DNA of 64,000 nt from a plasmid, in sequence record NZ_CP102531.1. One strand, written 5' to 3'. Below, in pieces: positions 7,452 to 16,073 of this stretch (within the stretch, counting starts at the first letter, position 1; the number at the start of each line of letters is the position of its first letter). The notes under the pieces are model-generated. The model was given only the letters and a program-made list of their open reading frames with translations. It did not search any database and had not been told where the DNA came from. A program made the position numbers and the translations under genes.

Positions 7452-9659
7452 CTATCGTTCAATATCATGATGATGTTGCTGTTCTTGCTCTTCCTGGGGC
7501 GGTTCACCTTGTAAATCGTCCATTAAGTCAGCAATGTCCTCCCACTTGTTGACCATGATGGTTTGCTGCTTGAGACTTTGTTCTAATGACCGTAGGGTCT
7601 TTTCTTGGTCTGTGATGACACTCGCCATTTCTTCGTTAGTCAGTAGTGGGTTAAAGTCTTGGTTTTGCAAATGTAGCACGGCGGTTTGATACATATTAAT
7701 TTCATGTTGGTACTTCCTAGTGAGCCGGTGTTGCTCATTTGGTGAAACGTCCTCTAATTTGTCAATAATTGGTTGATATTGGTTGCGGGTAAAGATGAAC
7801 TTTGCTAAGTCGTTGTAGGTGGTAATCTTATCGTGAAGCATTTCAATTTTCTGCTGCACGTCATGGAGCTGCGCTTTGACCGTTGTTACCTGCCGGCCTA
7901 ATGACTGACGGTCAGTGATATGGTTGGCTCTCAATTCACCAAGCGTGGTTGACAAGCGCTTCACGTCAGCTTGCTGAGCTTGCATATATTGACGTTGCCG
8001 ATTGGCTATTAACCAACGTCCTAACACCGGCTGCGTTGACTTTAATGCAGGTTTCAACGCGGCTCCTGTCAAACTAACTGATTTTGGTTCTGGATCGTTC
8101 AACGTAGCAAAGGGCGTTGCATTGTAGTGCCAGTGATTGCCAATTTGCACTGTGTACTGTTGATGCAACCGGTCATAATTTACGGCGTCATTAGGGATAA
8201 AGACTCGTTCATAACCGGCATCAGGTAGCGTAATCGTTAGTCCCTTGTCAGAGTGACCAAAGACAGCTTGAGGAGGAACTTTTACCAGTTCAGGATTCAA
8301 TCCTTGATCAAGATCAATCGCATGTATCAATGCTTCACCACGGATTGAAACAGCGCGTGGCCGTTTTCCTGATTGATCCGTTAATGTGTAGTAATAATTG
8401 GCTTGTAGCGCAACTTGCAAATGATCAGAATCACCGCGCAATTCGTAACGATTCAAGTGAACTGTTAGCTGTCCTTCATTAGGCACTTCTAGTTGAACCA
8501 AAGCCCCCTTTTCATCAACACTTAGTACCTGATCCTCAGACAAGTCCATCAAGGTTTCGGTGTTGGTCATCTTCGACTTGGTTTGTTCCTGATACTCGGC
8601 TAAAACATCAGGAGCTGTCACCTTTGCTTTGAGAGCATTGGGGTCATGCCAATGCTCATTCATATAGTTTAGTTGGTAGGCAGGGGGTAGAAGTTCCGCG
8701 GGCACTTTAGTACCATCATGAAATGTGAATTGATAGCTACCATTGCGCTGCCGTTTGAGGGTAACATCATGTTCCTGTTGCAGCATGAAAATTAAATCAT
8801 CAAGGCTGTCACACATACCATACACATCATCAATTAAGGCCATCAATCGTTGTTGATTGTCAGCATTCTCAGCAGTGGTTGTTTTAATACCTTCCGACGT
8901 GTATGAACCAATATCAGATAGACTTTTGTCGCGAATATTGCGCTGCTGGTCAGGCAACCGATACCCCCTATCTTGACCACGCTTCGTTGTCGTGATTTCT
9001 AGCTGTTCACATAGCTGGTCAAACATTTCCGGTGATGTTGCACGAGACGCAACAAATCGCAGTCGGCGACGCAACTCCGCGCGGAATGATTGGTGAACAT
9101 CCTTCTCGTGAACAAAGCCATTTTTTTCGAGTTGTTCATCACGTCTCAAGGACACTGATAAACCATGTTCTGCCGTCAAACGATTACTGATTTCCTTGAT
9201 GCGATTAGCTGTGATATAAGGCTGGCTACGAAACTTTTTCAAAGTCGTCATGGAGTAAGCATTAAAGACAATGTGATTATGGATATGATCCTTATCAACG
9301 TGAGTTGCAATGACAAATTGATAGTCATTGCCAAGTAGCTCGCGCATGAGTTGAACCCCTATCGCATGAGCCTCTTCTGGGGTAACATGATCGTCTGGTG
9401 AAAAGGACTGAATCAGGTGGTAGCTCTTTGCTGATTGATGCCTTCGGATGCCATCGACATCGCGACCACCAACACGTTCATAATTACCATTGTAGCGATG
9501 TGACATATCAGCCAGCATCTCAAACTCAAATGATGCCGTGGGCACGTCACAATGAATGCCTTCTACGAGTTCTCCGTTTCGAGTTTTTAGCGGATCAATA
9601 ATGTACTTGATGGCGGCCTTGGTCGAGCGATTAATCGCGTGTATTTTCGTGATTGCCAT
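7452..9659 (-). CDS. Conjugative relaxase (MobA/MobL-type, MOBP/MOBQ class)
   Basis: 735 aa. The N-terminal relaxase domain carries the 3-His motif HVDKDHIHNHIVFN and a tyrosine-containing N-terminus. A long coiled C-terminus follows. The preceding gene is a MobC-family protein. Confidence 0.8.
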   Translation of the reverse strand: MAITKIHAINRSTKAAIKYIIDPLKTRNGELVEGIHCDVPTASFEFEMLADMSHRYNGNYERVGGRDVDGIRRHQSAKSYHLIQSFSPDDHVTPEEAHAIGVQLMRELLGNDYQFVIATHVDKDHIHNHIVFNAYSMTTLKKFRSQPYITANRIKEISNRLTAEHGLSVSLRRDEQLEKNGFVHEKDVHQSFRAELRRRLRFVASRATSPEMFDQLCEQLEITTTKRGQDRGYRLPDQQRNIRDKSLSDIGSYTSEGIKTTTAENADNQQRLMALIDDVYGMCDSLDDLIFMLQQEHDVTLKRQRNGSYQFTFHDGTKVPAELLPPAYQLNYMNEHWHDPNALKAKVTAPDVLAEYQEQTKSKMTNTETLMDLSEDQVLSVDEKGALVQLEVPNEGQLTVHLNRYELRGDSDHLQVALQANYYYTLTDQSGKRPRAVSIRGEALIHAIDLDQGLNPELVKVPPQAVFGHSDKGLTITLPDAGYERVFIPNDAVNYDRLHQQYTVQIGNHWHYNATPFATLNDPEPKSVSLTGAALKPALKSTQPVLGRWLIANRQRQYMQAQQADVKRLSTTLGELRANHITDRQSLGRQVTTVKAQLHDVQQKIEMLHDKITTYNDLAKFIFTRNQYQPIIDKLEDVSPNEQHRLTRKYQHEINMYQTAVLHLQNQDFNPLLTNEEMASVITDQEKTLRSLEQSLKQQTIMVNKWEDIADLMDDLQGEPPQEEQEQQHHHDIER

Positions 9660-10032
9660 TTAAGACCACCCGCTCATAATGTTTGACGACATCGAGACGA
9701 TGCAGCAAGTGGTCGTTGACCGCCCAGAACAGGTCATCAACTTCACTTTTAACCATGTTCATTTGTTCCTGCGTTAGCACTTCATTTTCGTTAGCAACGT
9801 GCGCAAGTTGATTCAGGTTATTCCCGATTCTAGCCATCTGTCTAATTAACTCTTTTGTGTCTGTAAAATCCACGTGAATGATCTTACTTGTTAAGAGCGC
9901 GCGGCAAGCATAGGCATTAAACTTGGGGTTCCCCGCAGTTGCTATTCTGAAATTGACCCATTCACGTTCCTCTGGGGTCATACGCACGGTGCTTCTTGAA
10001 GATCGAGTGCGATGCTCATCTGACTGCTTCAC
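9631..10032 (-). CDS. mobC: MobC-family relaxosome accessory protein
   Basis: 133 aa, basic N-terminus. Contains the LIRQMARIGNNLNQLAHVAN motif typical of the MobC/bacterial mobilisation family. It overlaps the relaxase start. Confidence 0.7.
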   Translation of the reverse strand: MKQSDEHRTRSSRSTVRMTPEEREWVNFRIATAGNPKFNAYACRALLTSKIIHVDFTDTKELIRQMARIGNNLNQLAHVANENEVLTQEQMNMVKSEVDDLFWAVNDHLLHRLDVVKHYERVVLNGNHENTRD

Positions 10033-10039
10033 ATGTTTC

Positions 10040-10270
10040 CCTCCATTGTTATTTTTAGTGAACTTAAGGCTGACGTTGCACTTGAACCAAACTCGTTGTC
10101 ACGAATTTCAAGATTTTGCTTTTTTGAAGTTTTTCTACTGTCGCGAGATTTGCAAGTGGACGTCCACTTGCGATAAATTGACTCATTATCAGCTTCGCTG
10201 ATAGTCAATTTTGTTTTGGGGGCACGCCCCCAATCCCCCGTTATTTTGAAGGGGTCTGCGACACCCTCCA
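10040..10270. promoter_or_regulatory. Candidate oriT plus promoter region of the mobC-relaxase operon
   Basis: A perfect 20-bp palindrome gcaagtggacgtccacttgc lies at 10152-10171. A second IR, ttgggggc-ac-gcccccaa, lies at 10216-10233. Both sit immediately upstream of mobC on the coding strand side. Confidence 0.5.
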
Positions 10271-10273
10271 AAA

Positions 10274-10549
10274 TCAAAGTTCAAACCCTTCTAAGCTCTC
10301 ATTTTGGCTCAGCCATTTCTGATAATCTTCGACCGAAAGGTCGCTTAATTTTCGGATCGTTTCGTCGTAACATTCGAGGGTAAATTCTTTCTCAATTGGA
10401 TCTGTGATACCCGTCAGGTCATTAGCAATATCATCACGTACTGCTTTAACCTTTTGTAGAATTGCCGGCGGTGTATCTTCGCTCACAGACTTGCGGTGAA
10501 GTAAGATAATGTCACGATCGAATTCGTTCATTTCGTCAATGGTTTTCAT
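10274..10549 (-). CDS. Hypothetical acidic protein (91 aa) adjacent to oriT
   Basis: ORF only; no motif recognised. Confidence 0.45.
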   Translation of the reverse strand: MKTIDEMNEFDRDIILLHRKSVSEDTPPAILQKVKAVRDDIANDLTGITDPIEKEFTLECYDETIRKLSDLSVEDYQKWLSQNESLEGFEL

Positions 10550-10636
10550 GTTGGTAATTCCTTTCTTGGGTGATCAAGGGCTGGAGAAAAGCAAGGGCTG
10601 GAGTGTCCTCTTGAGTCAGAGTATTCAACAAATGGG

Positions 10637-11620
10637 TTAGCGTGTTTTCTCCTGCGTTGCTTGCACCAGCCCTTGCTCTTTTTTTGCGATGTTTTCCGTT
10701 GTCGCAATGGTTTTAGCGCGTTCTATTTTTTGATCAAGCGTCAACGGTTTCTCACGAATCTTTTCGAGGTTTTGATCGACGGTTTTATTGAACTTTTCGG
10801 CGGTGGATTGGATACGCGTTAAGCTTTTGGAGAGCTGGGAAAGATCCTTATCTTTCGACCAAACAGCAAGGTAAGGGAACGTATAATCACTCGTGTCAAT
10901 TCCCAGATGTTGGCAAACGATAAACGCGGTACTTTCAGCTTCCAATTCCATGGTTGAACGATCCAATTTTAACTTCGGATCACAGTGTAATTCACTGTGC
11001 GCGAGTTCATGAATCAGCGTCTTAATGGTTTGCTTCTCGCTCATACCGGAACGCAATTGGATTTCTTTTTTGAGTGGGCGAGTAACACCCTTGGTTTCGC
11101 TGCTCGGCATCTCATGGCTAAAGCCCACATGAAAGTCAGTTGCTTGAACAAGTTTGCTATAAATAGTGGCATAATTTGGTACTTCACCAGTCAGCTCATG
11201 TGTGAACATTTTGATAGGCTCACCACTGGTCTGAGAGTAATCAAACACAGCTGCAGGTCGGCAGAATACTTTGCTCTCTTTTACGCGTTTAATGGTGCCA
11301 TCAGGTTGCCGAACTCTCTTTTCGTACTTGTGTTCACCACCCGCCAATATCCTGATACCTTTTTCGTGTTGATTAACTTGTCGATGGTACTGATTTTTCC
11401 ATGTGTGATACCCCGCAACAAAAGTGGCATGTGGGTTCTGTAAATAGATGAGTAACTGGTTTCTGACACTGTATTGATGAAACCCGCTGATGAACTTTAA
11501 ATACTCTCGATACTCGTCAGTAGAGAAGACCTTTTTGGCGCCATCTTGCGCCAACGCCAGTAACTCTTTGGTACTCTTTGGTGGTTGCTTTTCTTGGCTT
11601 GATGTTGGCATCTTTATCAC
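10637..11620 (-). CDS. ArdC-like protein (N-terminal ssDNA-binding ArdC domain + C-terminal HExxH metalloprotease-like domain)
   Basis: The N-terminus (YREYLKFISGFHQYSVRNQLLIYLQNPHATFVAGYHTWKN) resembles the ArdC N-domain. HELAH is present in the C-terminal half (TLIHELAHSELH). ArdC is an antirestriction protein of conjugative plasmids. Confidence 0.6.
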   Translation of the reverse strand: MIKMPTSSQEKQPPKSTKELLALAQDGAKKVFSTDEYREYLKFISGFHQYSVRNQLLIYLQNPHATFVAGYHTWKNQYHRQVNQHEKGIRILAGGEHKYEKRVRQPDGTIKRVKESKVFCRPAAVFDYSQTSGEPIKMFTHELTGEVPNYATIYSKLVQATDFHVGFSHEMPSSETKGVTRPLKKEIQLRSGMSEKQTIKTLIHELAHSELHCDPKLKLDRSTMELEAESTAFIVCQHLGIDTSDYTFPYLAVWSKDKDLSQLSKSLTRIQSTAEKFNKTVDQNLEKIREKPLTLDQKIERAKTIATTENIAKKEQGLVQATQEKTR

Positions 11621-11628
11621 GCTTTCCT

Positions 11629-12774
11629 TTACGAATTTGGGTTGTTACTTTCCCCTAATGTACTCAGGGCATGTTCAAATGTTTTAACGGTTTGCTTAGC
11701 TTGCTGACGCTTGTCTGCAGGTTGTTTCGGATCGCTTGCAATCTTGTTAAAAGCATCAATACCAGCCGCATACTTTTTCCCGACTTCAATCGCTTGGCTA
11801 ATGGTTGAGTCCTTTAGTTTGTCGTTGATTTTTTGAGCTTTGTCGAAGTCCTTTTGCCGCACATACCCCAGCGCAATCACCTCTGATAGTGTTTTGCTCT
11901 TGAGCTGCTCGTTAATCAGCTCAGCGGCATCGAATTGCTTAGTGTGAACATAGGCAATGGCGAGTTTGGCTTGGCGCTCCTGAGATAGCGTCACACGATT
12001 ACTCATCGCGATGACCTTTGAATAATCGTGTTGCAGGTAAGCAAGATCAAACAGTGTCTCAGCTTTTGGGTAGATACGTTGAAACTTAGCGAGTTGCTTC
12101 ACGTTACTTTGATCTGTGAGGGTTTTACGCACATCGTCCCGTCGATTCGGATACAACTTACCTGCTTGAAGATAGTCCCCCTTCTTAATCAGGGAGGTGT
12201 AGCTTGGGGCTGCGTTGTACGCATCAACGACTAGTTTTGTTCCAAACAAAAAACCGCCTGCTATTATCAGCAAAACGGCAATGGTTATCAGGTGTTTGAG
12301 AAACGATCGACTAACTTTTGGTAATGAAATTGAAGGTAATTTGATAGCAGTTCGTTTCGGTTTTTTGGCAACGGTTCTACGTGATCGGTTACGTGTCCTT
12401 TTTGGGGTTGTATCAGCCGCCAACGAGTCAGTAAAAACAGGTTCGGATGCAGAATCCGGTTCAGTTTCATTTGCTACTGAAACGTCTGTTGCTGGTGGTG
12501 AAATTACCTCTTGCCGCTGAGAAATTAAGTCTGTGATCAGATCTTCAATTTTCCCTTCAATCGGTAGCTTAATCTTGACGGAAAAGGCAACTTGGTCACG
12601 GTGATAGGCCGTGATTTGGCAGCTACCATGTTGCGCTAAATCAAACAGGTGATCACTAGCCGCTTGTAACTGTGCTAGCCCATCATCAAACGGTTGCGGG
12701 TCGGTTGCTAACGCGATCCCCTCTTGATTGGTAATCTTGATGGTGTCAGTCTCTTTATCTTTTTTCCGACCCAC
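11629..12774 (-). CDS. Membrane-anchored conjugation-module protein with helical repeat (TPR-like) C-terminal region
   Basis: 381 aa. One central TM segment (ITIAVLLIIAGGFLFG) and a basic proline-rich linker. Confidence 0.45.
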   Translation of the reverse strand: MGRKKDKETDTIKITNQEGIALATDPQPFDDGLAQLQAASDHLFDLAQHGSCQITAYHRDQVAFSVKIKLPIEGKIEDLITDLISQRQEVISPPATDVSVANETEPDSASEPVFTDSLAADTTPKRTRNRSRRTVAKKPKRTAIKLPSISLPKVSRSFLKHLITIAVLLIIAGGFLFGTKLVVDAYNAAPSYTSLIKKGDYLQAGKLYPNRRDDVRKTLTDQSNVKQLAKFQRIYPKAETLFDLAYLQHDYSKVIAMSNRVTLSQERQAKLAIAYVHTKQFDAAELINEQLKSKTLSEVIALGYVRQKDFDKAQKINDKLKDSTISQAIEVGKKYAAGIDAFNKIASDPKQPADKRQQAKQTVKTFEHALSTLGESNNPNS

Positions 12775-12809
12775 ATCAGTCCCTCCTTTCCATGTCTTTT
12801 ACATCATCA

Positions 12810-13040
12810 TTAATGAAACCCAGGGGCTTCATCATGTCCTTCTTTTTTAAGTAGCTTCGCAATGTCTTCATAAGTTAGATGGCTCTCAGATAACAACGCG
12901 TCAACCTTATCGGCTTTTAAGACTTTGAGATCACGCCTAGCGGCCGTCAGTTGTTGCTGCACCTTTTTTTGCTGCTCTTCTAGTTCTTTGATCCGGTTCT
13001 CTTTACTCTTGATTCGCTTTTCCAGACTCGTACTTGCCAT
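12810..13040 (-). CDS. Small coiled-coil protein (76 aa)
   Basis: Highly charged, with heptad-like repeats. Lies in the tra operon. Confidence 0.4.
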   Translation of the reverse strand: MASTSLEKRIKSKENRIKELEEQQKKVQQQLTAARRDLKVLKADKVDALLSESHLTYEDIAKLLKKEGHDEAPGFH

Positions 13041-13057
13041 TATTGATCGCTCCTTTA

Positions 13058-13582
13058 TTAGTCATGACTTGCCTGTGATTGATTGAGACGATATAGCGTG
13101 CACCCAATTATCTTTTGCTGCTTCATCGGCAAGCGCAGCACTATATCGTTTTTAATCCTGTTGCCGTCGCTGGTGATAGTGTATTCTAACCGCGCCATTG
13201 CGATTGTTTCGGAACCTACTTGTGTATAAGTAACCTCGCGATGCTGGTACGTCACCTTATAAGACAGATCCGGACCAACACCCGCTTTACCAATATTAGC
13301 CGGTGGTACGATTTGAGAAGCTATCGCTTTGGTCGATAGCTTCTCAAGCTGATCGTGTCGTTTTTGTTGATCCGCACGATATCCAAAAACTAAATCCGCA
13401 AAAACAAGGACTCTTTTATCTACCTTTTTTGATTCACCGCCTGTTATTGCGTTCAGATGCGTTTTTGTTTCTTGTAAGACGCTTTGACTGTCCGACCAAC
13501 GATACCAGCCTACGACCATCAAAACCGTTATTAGCACGGCATACAGCGGTAATAGCCAGTGGCGCCATCTGTGTCCTTCCAT
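13058..13582 (-). CDS. N-terminally membrane-anchored T4SS protein (possibly VirB8-like)
   Basis: 174 aa with a single N-terminal TM. It sits between the hydrolase and the coupled small genes. The VirB8-like assignment is by position only. Confidence 0.35.
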   Translation of the reverse strand: MEGHRWRHWLLPLYAVLITVLMVVGWYRWSDSQSVLQETKTHLNAITGGESKKVDKRVLVFADLVFGYRADQQKRHDQLEKLSTKAIASQIVPPANIGKAGVGPDLSYKVTYQHREVTYTQVGSETIAMARLEYTITSDGNRIKNDIVLRLPMKQQKIIGCTLYRLNQSQASHD

Positions 13583-13595
13583 CGTCTTCCTCCTT

Positions 13596-16073
13596 TTACC
13601 GTGGGTGAATATAGGTGTAAGCTCCCACGTTTCCTAACGTTTGCAAATTTGGCCCTGGTTGCTGCTTGAAGCCCGTTCCTCCCTGAGAGATGGTAATCGT
13701 CCCTTTATCCGAATCCACTGATTCCACATACGCCACATGCCCGTATACCGGGTCTGCCTGCCAATTACCAACCATTTGGCCTGCGGCAAAACTGACCAAT
13801 GCCCCTTGTTGAGGGGTATGATCGACGCTGAATCCTGCGGCGGCTGCTGAGCTACCCCAGTCAGCACCATTGCCCCAGTTATTAGCAGCCCATCCGGATC
13901 TGGCTTTTGCCCACCACGTACACTGACCTACAGGATAAGAATTACCACCATTATGCAGCGTGATATTACCGATTGAGTTACCACTCTTGAATCCAAAAAT
14001 GGCTAAAAGTTTGTTGACGTTGGGTACCCAGTTAAGATTCAGATTGTTAGGGTCATTAATGGCGCCAATAGGTGCATAGGCGGCGCCTAACTTCTGGACA
14101 GTATTCAAACCACGGGTAACAACTAAGTTATGCAACGTGTTCCCGGTGGCATCAATTCCGCCTTCTAAGGATGGATAGGCAATAATGGTTCCCCCGCTCA
14201 TCTGACCACTAGGATTATTAGCACCACGTACTGCTGCACTGGTTCCCCAAGAGGACTCAGTTCCCATGATAGCGGCAATTAGAGCGGGATTGACGCCCGC
14301 TTTCTTAGCAGCATCAATTGAGTAGCTTTCTTTGTCTGCTAAAACGCCATTAGAAAAATACTTAACCCAGGCAGCGTGAAATTTATTAGCATCGAAATCC
14401 TGACCAGTTAAATCGCCTCCACTTGTAACTAGTCCATAGGTAGTCGCATACGTGTATTTCACATTTGGTAAAGCAAAGGCAGGATTTAATTCTTCCTCAA
14501 CTGGTGGCAAAGGTGCTGAACTTGCCGCAACGGTTGAACTGAAAGCGGAGGAAGAGTTTTCTGAAGATAAACCTGGTGCCTGAGAGACGCTTTCTGAGGT
14601 GCTTGACAATGATGACGTTGATGAAGACTCGTCAGGAGCGCTCTGCTGCGTGATTTTGATAAGCTGAAGAGTGATGTTCTTTTCGCTAATTCCGATTTGA
14701 TCTCCTTTCTTGATTTCCTGGTTTGGTTTGACCGTCACGGCTTTGAGCCCACCGGTCACGGTTTGTTTACCATCAGTTGCGATCGTCACACTACTATTTC
14801 CAACTGCTGTGACGGTTCCTGACATGACAGCGACAATCTTTTTCCCAGTTTCGCTTGAAATCCGGATGTGATTGGACATATTCTTTTGTCCGCCACGCAT
14901 TCGCCAGGCGTACCGATCGTTGACCATGATTGTTGCATTCTGATCTTCAAAGGGCGACCCTAAAATTTCTTGCGTTCGATATTGACCCACTTGGCCCATT
15001 GCATCTAGCCGGTCTTTATCATCTTGTGAGAGTGCTTTAGGATGGTTCTTCTCCCACTCATCAAAGCTAGACAAATTGACGGTCACAGTTTTTGAATCAA
15101 CTGTGACCGACATCATTTGATCATGTAATTTTTTTATCTTTTGTTTGAACGCATCGTCGACTGTAAAGTCATCATATTTAATCGACAAGTAGGCCAACTC
15201 ACGGTCAAAGTCAGAGATTAATTCAATCCCGTCTGTTGTTGCTTCCTGACCATTGATAATCAGTGAACGTCCGTTTCCGTCCGTGTTAGCCATACTGTCA
15301 ATGACCTTCTTAGTGGCATCAGTGTCCAACTCCGTAATGTAACTGTAGGCATCAGTTAAGGGCTTAGAATCGGCTGTGGTCGACATCGTAGGCACCAACC
15401 AGCCAAACATGGAACTCATCAAGGCGATCAGACCAAACACAAGTCCCACTAATAGGAGAATAGCCATCGACTTGATCACGACTGGTAGCATCAGAATGGC
15501 CTTTAACAGATGCCTGATTGAACTAATAGGATGACGCCACGAGAAGGTAGCACCCTTTAAAGCACGCTGCTTCATCATTTTTCTGACGGATTTACGGCTG
15601 TATGAAGTTTGAACTGGCTTACCTAACTTTTTTGCTAGTCGCTTGCCTTTACGATTCCTATGGCGCTTCAACCGGGCTTTTAAGCGGCTCCCTCCTTGCG
15701 TTGTCTTTGACAACGTTTGGTAGGTTGGATCGTTTTGCTCTTCATTTTGCTGACCATTGGTAGCTGCCAGTACCGTACTCTTCTTAGCCGTTTCAATCGC
15801 GCCATGTTGAAGCGCTTCTCTACTACGGTGCCGAAAGCGTTTGACCCAACTAGCCTGTTTCTTTTTATGCTTAGCGTTTTGTGCTAAAAGGCCACGCCTA
15901 AACTGCCCTTTTTTTCGGACAAAAGGTTTGCCACCAAAGCCGCCAACGCCTTGTATGCGATATTTGTTACCGCGCAAGGCTTTCTTAAACCGGCTCGGAT
16001 CACTACTGACTAAAGTGTCTTTAGGGTCATGATGCTGCTTATTAAGCAGCATGTCTTTCCAATTATTCGCCAC
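13596..16073 (-). CDS. Conjugative peptidoglycan hydrolase, PrgK/TraG-like (LytM/M23-like + lysozyme-like + CHAP domains)
   Basis: 825 aa. Features are a basic N-terminus, a TM helix, an M23-like segment (HIRISSETGKKIVAVMSGTVTAVG...), a Ser-rich linker and a muramidase-like segment (IAAIMGTESSWG). A C-terminal CHAP domain follows (CTWWAKARSGW...GHVAYVESV). Confidence 0.7.
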   Translation of the reverse strand: MANNWKDMLLNKQHHDPKDTLVSSDPSRFKKALRGNKYRIQGVGGFGGKPFVRKKGQFRRGLLAQNAKHKKKQASWVKRFRHRSREALQHGAIETAKKSTVLAATNGQQNEEQNDPTYQTLSKTTQGGSRLKARLKRHRNRKGKRLAKKLGKPVQTSYSRKSVRKMMKQRALKGATFSWRHPISSIRHLLKAILMLPVVIKSMAILLLVGLVFGLIALMSSMFGWLVPTMSTTADSKPLTDAYSYITELDTDATKKVIDSMANTDGNGRSLIINGQEATTDGIELISDFDRELAYLSIKYDDFTVDDAFKQKIKKLHDQMMSVTVDSKTVTVNLSSFDEWEKNHPKALSQDDKDRLDAMGQVGQYRTQEILGSPFEDQNATIMVNDRYAWRMRGGQKNMSNHIRISSETGKKIVAVMSGTVTAVGNSSVTIATDGKQTVTGGLKAVTVKPNQEIKKGDQIGISEKNITLQLIKITQQSAPDESSSTSSLSSTSESVSQAPGLSSENSSSAFSSTVAASSAPLPPVEEELNPAFALPNVKYTYATTYGLVTSGGDLTGQDFDANKFHAAWVKYFSNGVLADKESYSIDAAKKAGVNPALIAAIMGTESSWGTSAAVRGANNPSGQMSGGTIIAYPSLEGGIDATGNTLHNLVVTRGLNTVQKLGAAYAPIGAINDPNNLNLNWVPNVNKLLAIFGFKSGNSIGNITLHNGGNSYPVGQCTWWAKARSGWAANNWGNGADWGSSAAAAGFSVDHTPQQGALVSFAAGQMVGNWQADPVYGHVAYVESVDSDKGTITISQGGTGFKQQPGPNLQTLGNVGAYTYIHPR

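Noticed and set aside
12215-12520. 101-aa plus-strand ORF and other plus-strand ORFs within the tra region (e.g. 16051..16371, 17299..17538)
   Set aside because: They are embedded antisense in long, well-supported minus-strand conjugation genes. They have no RBS or independent support.
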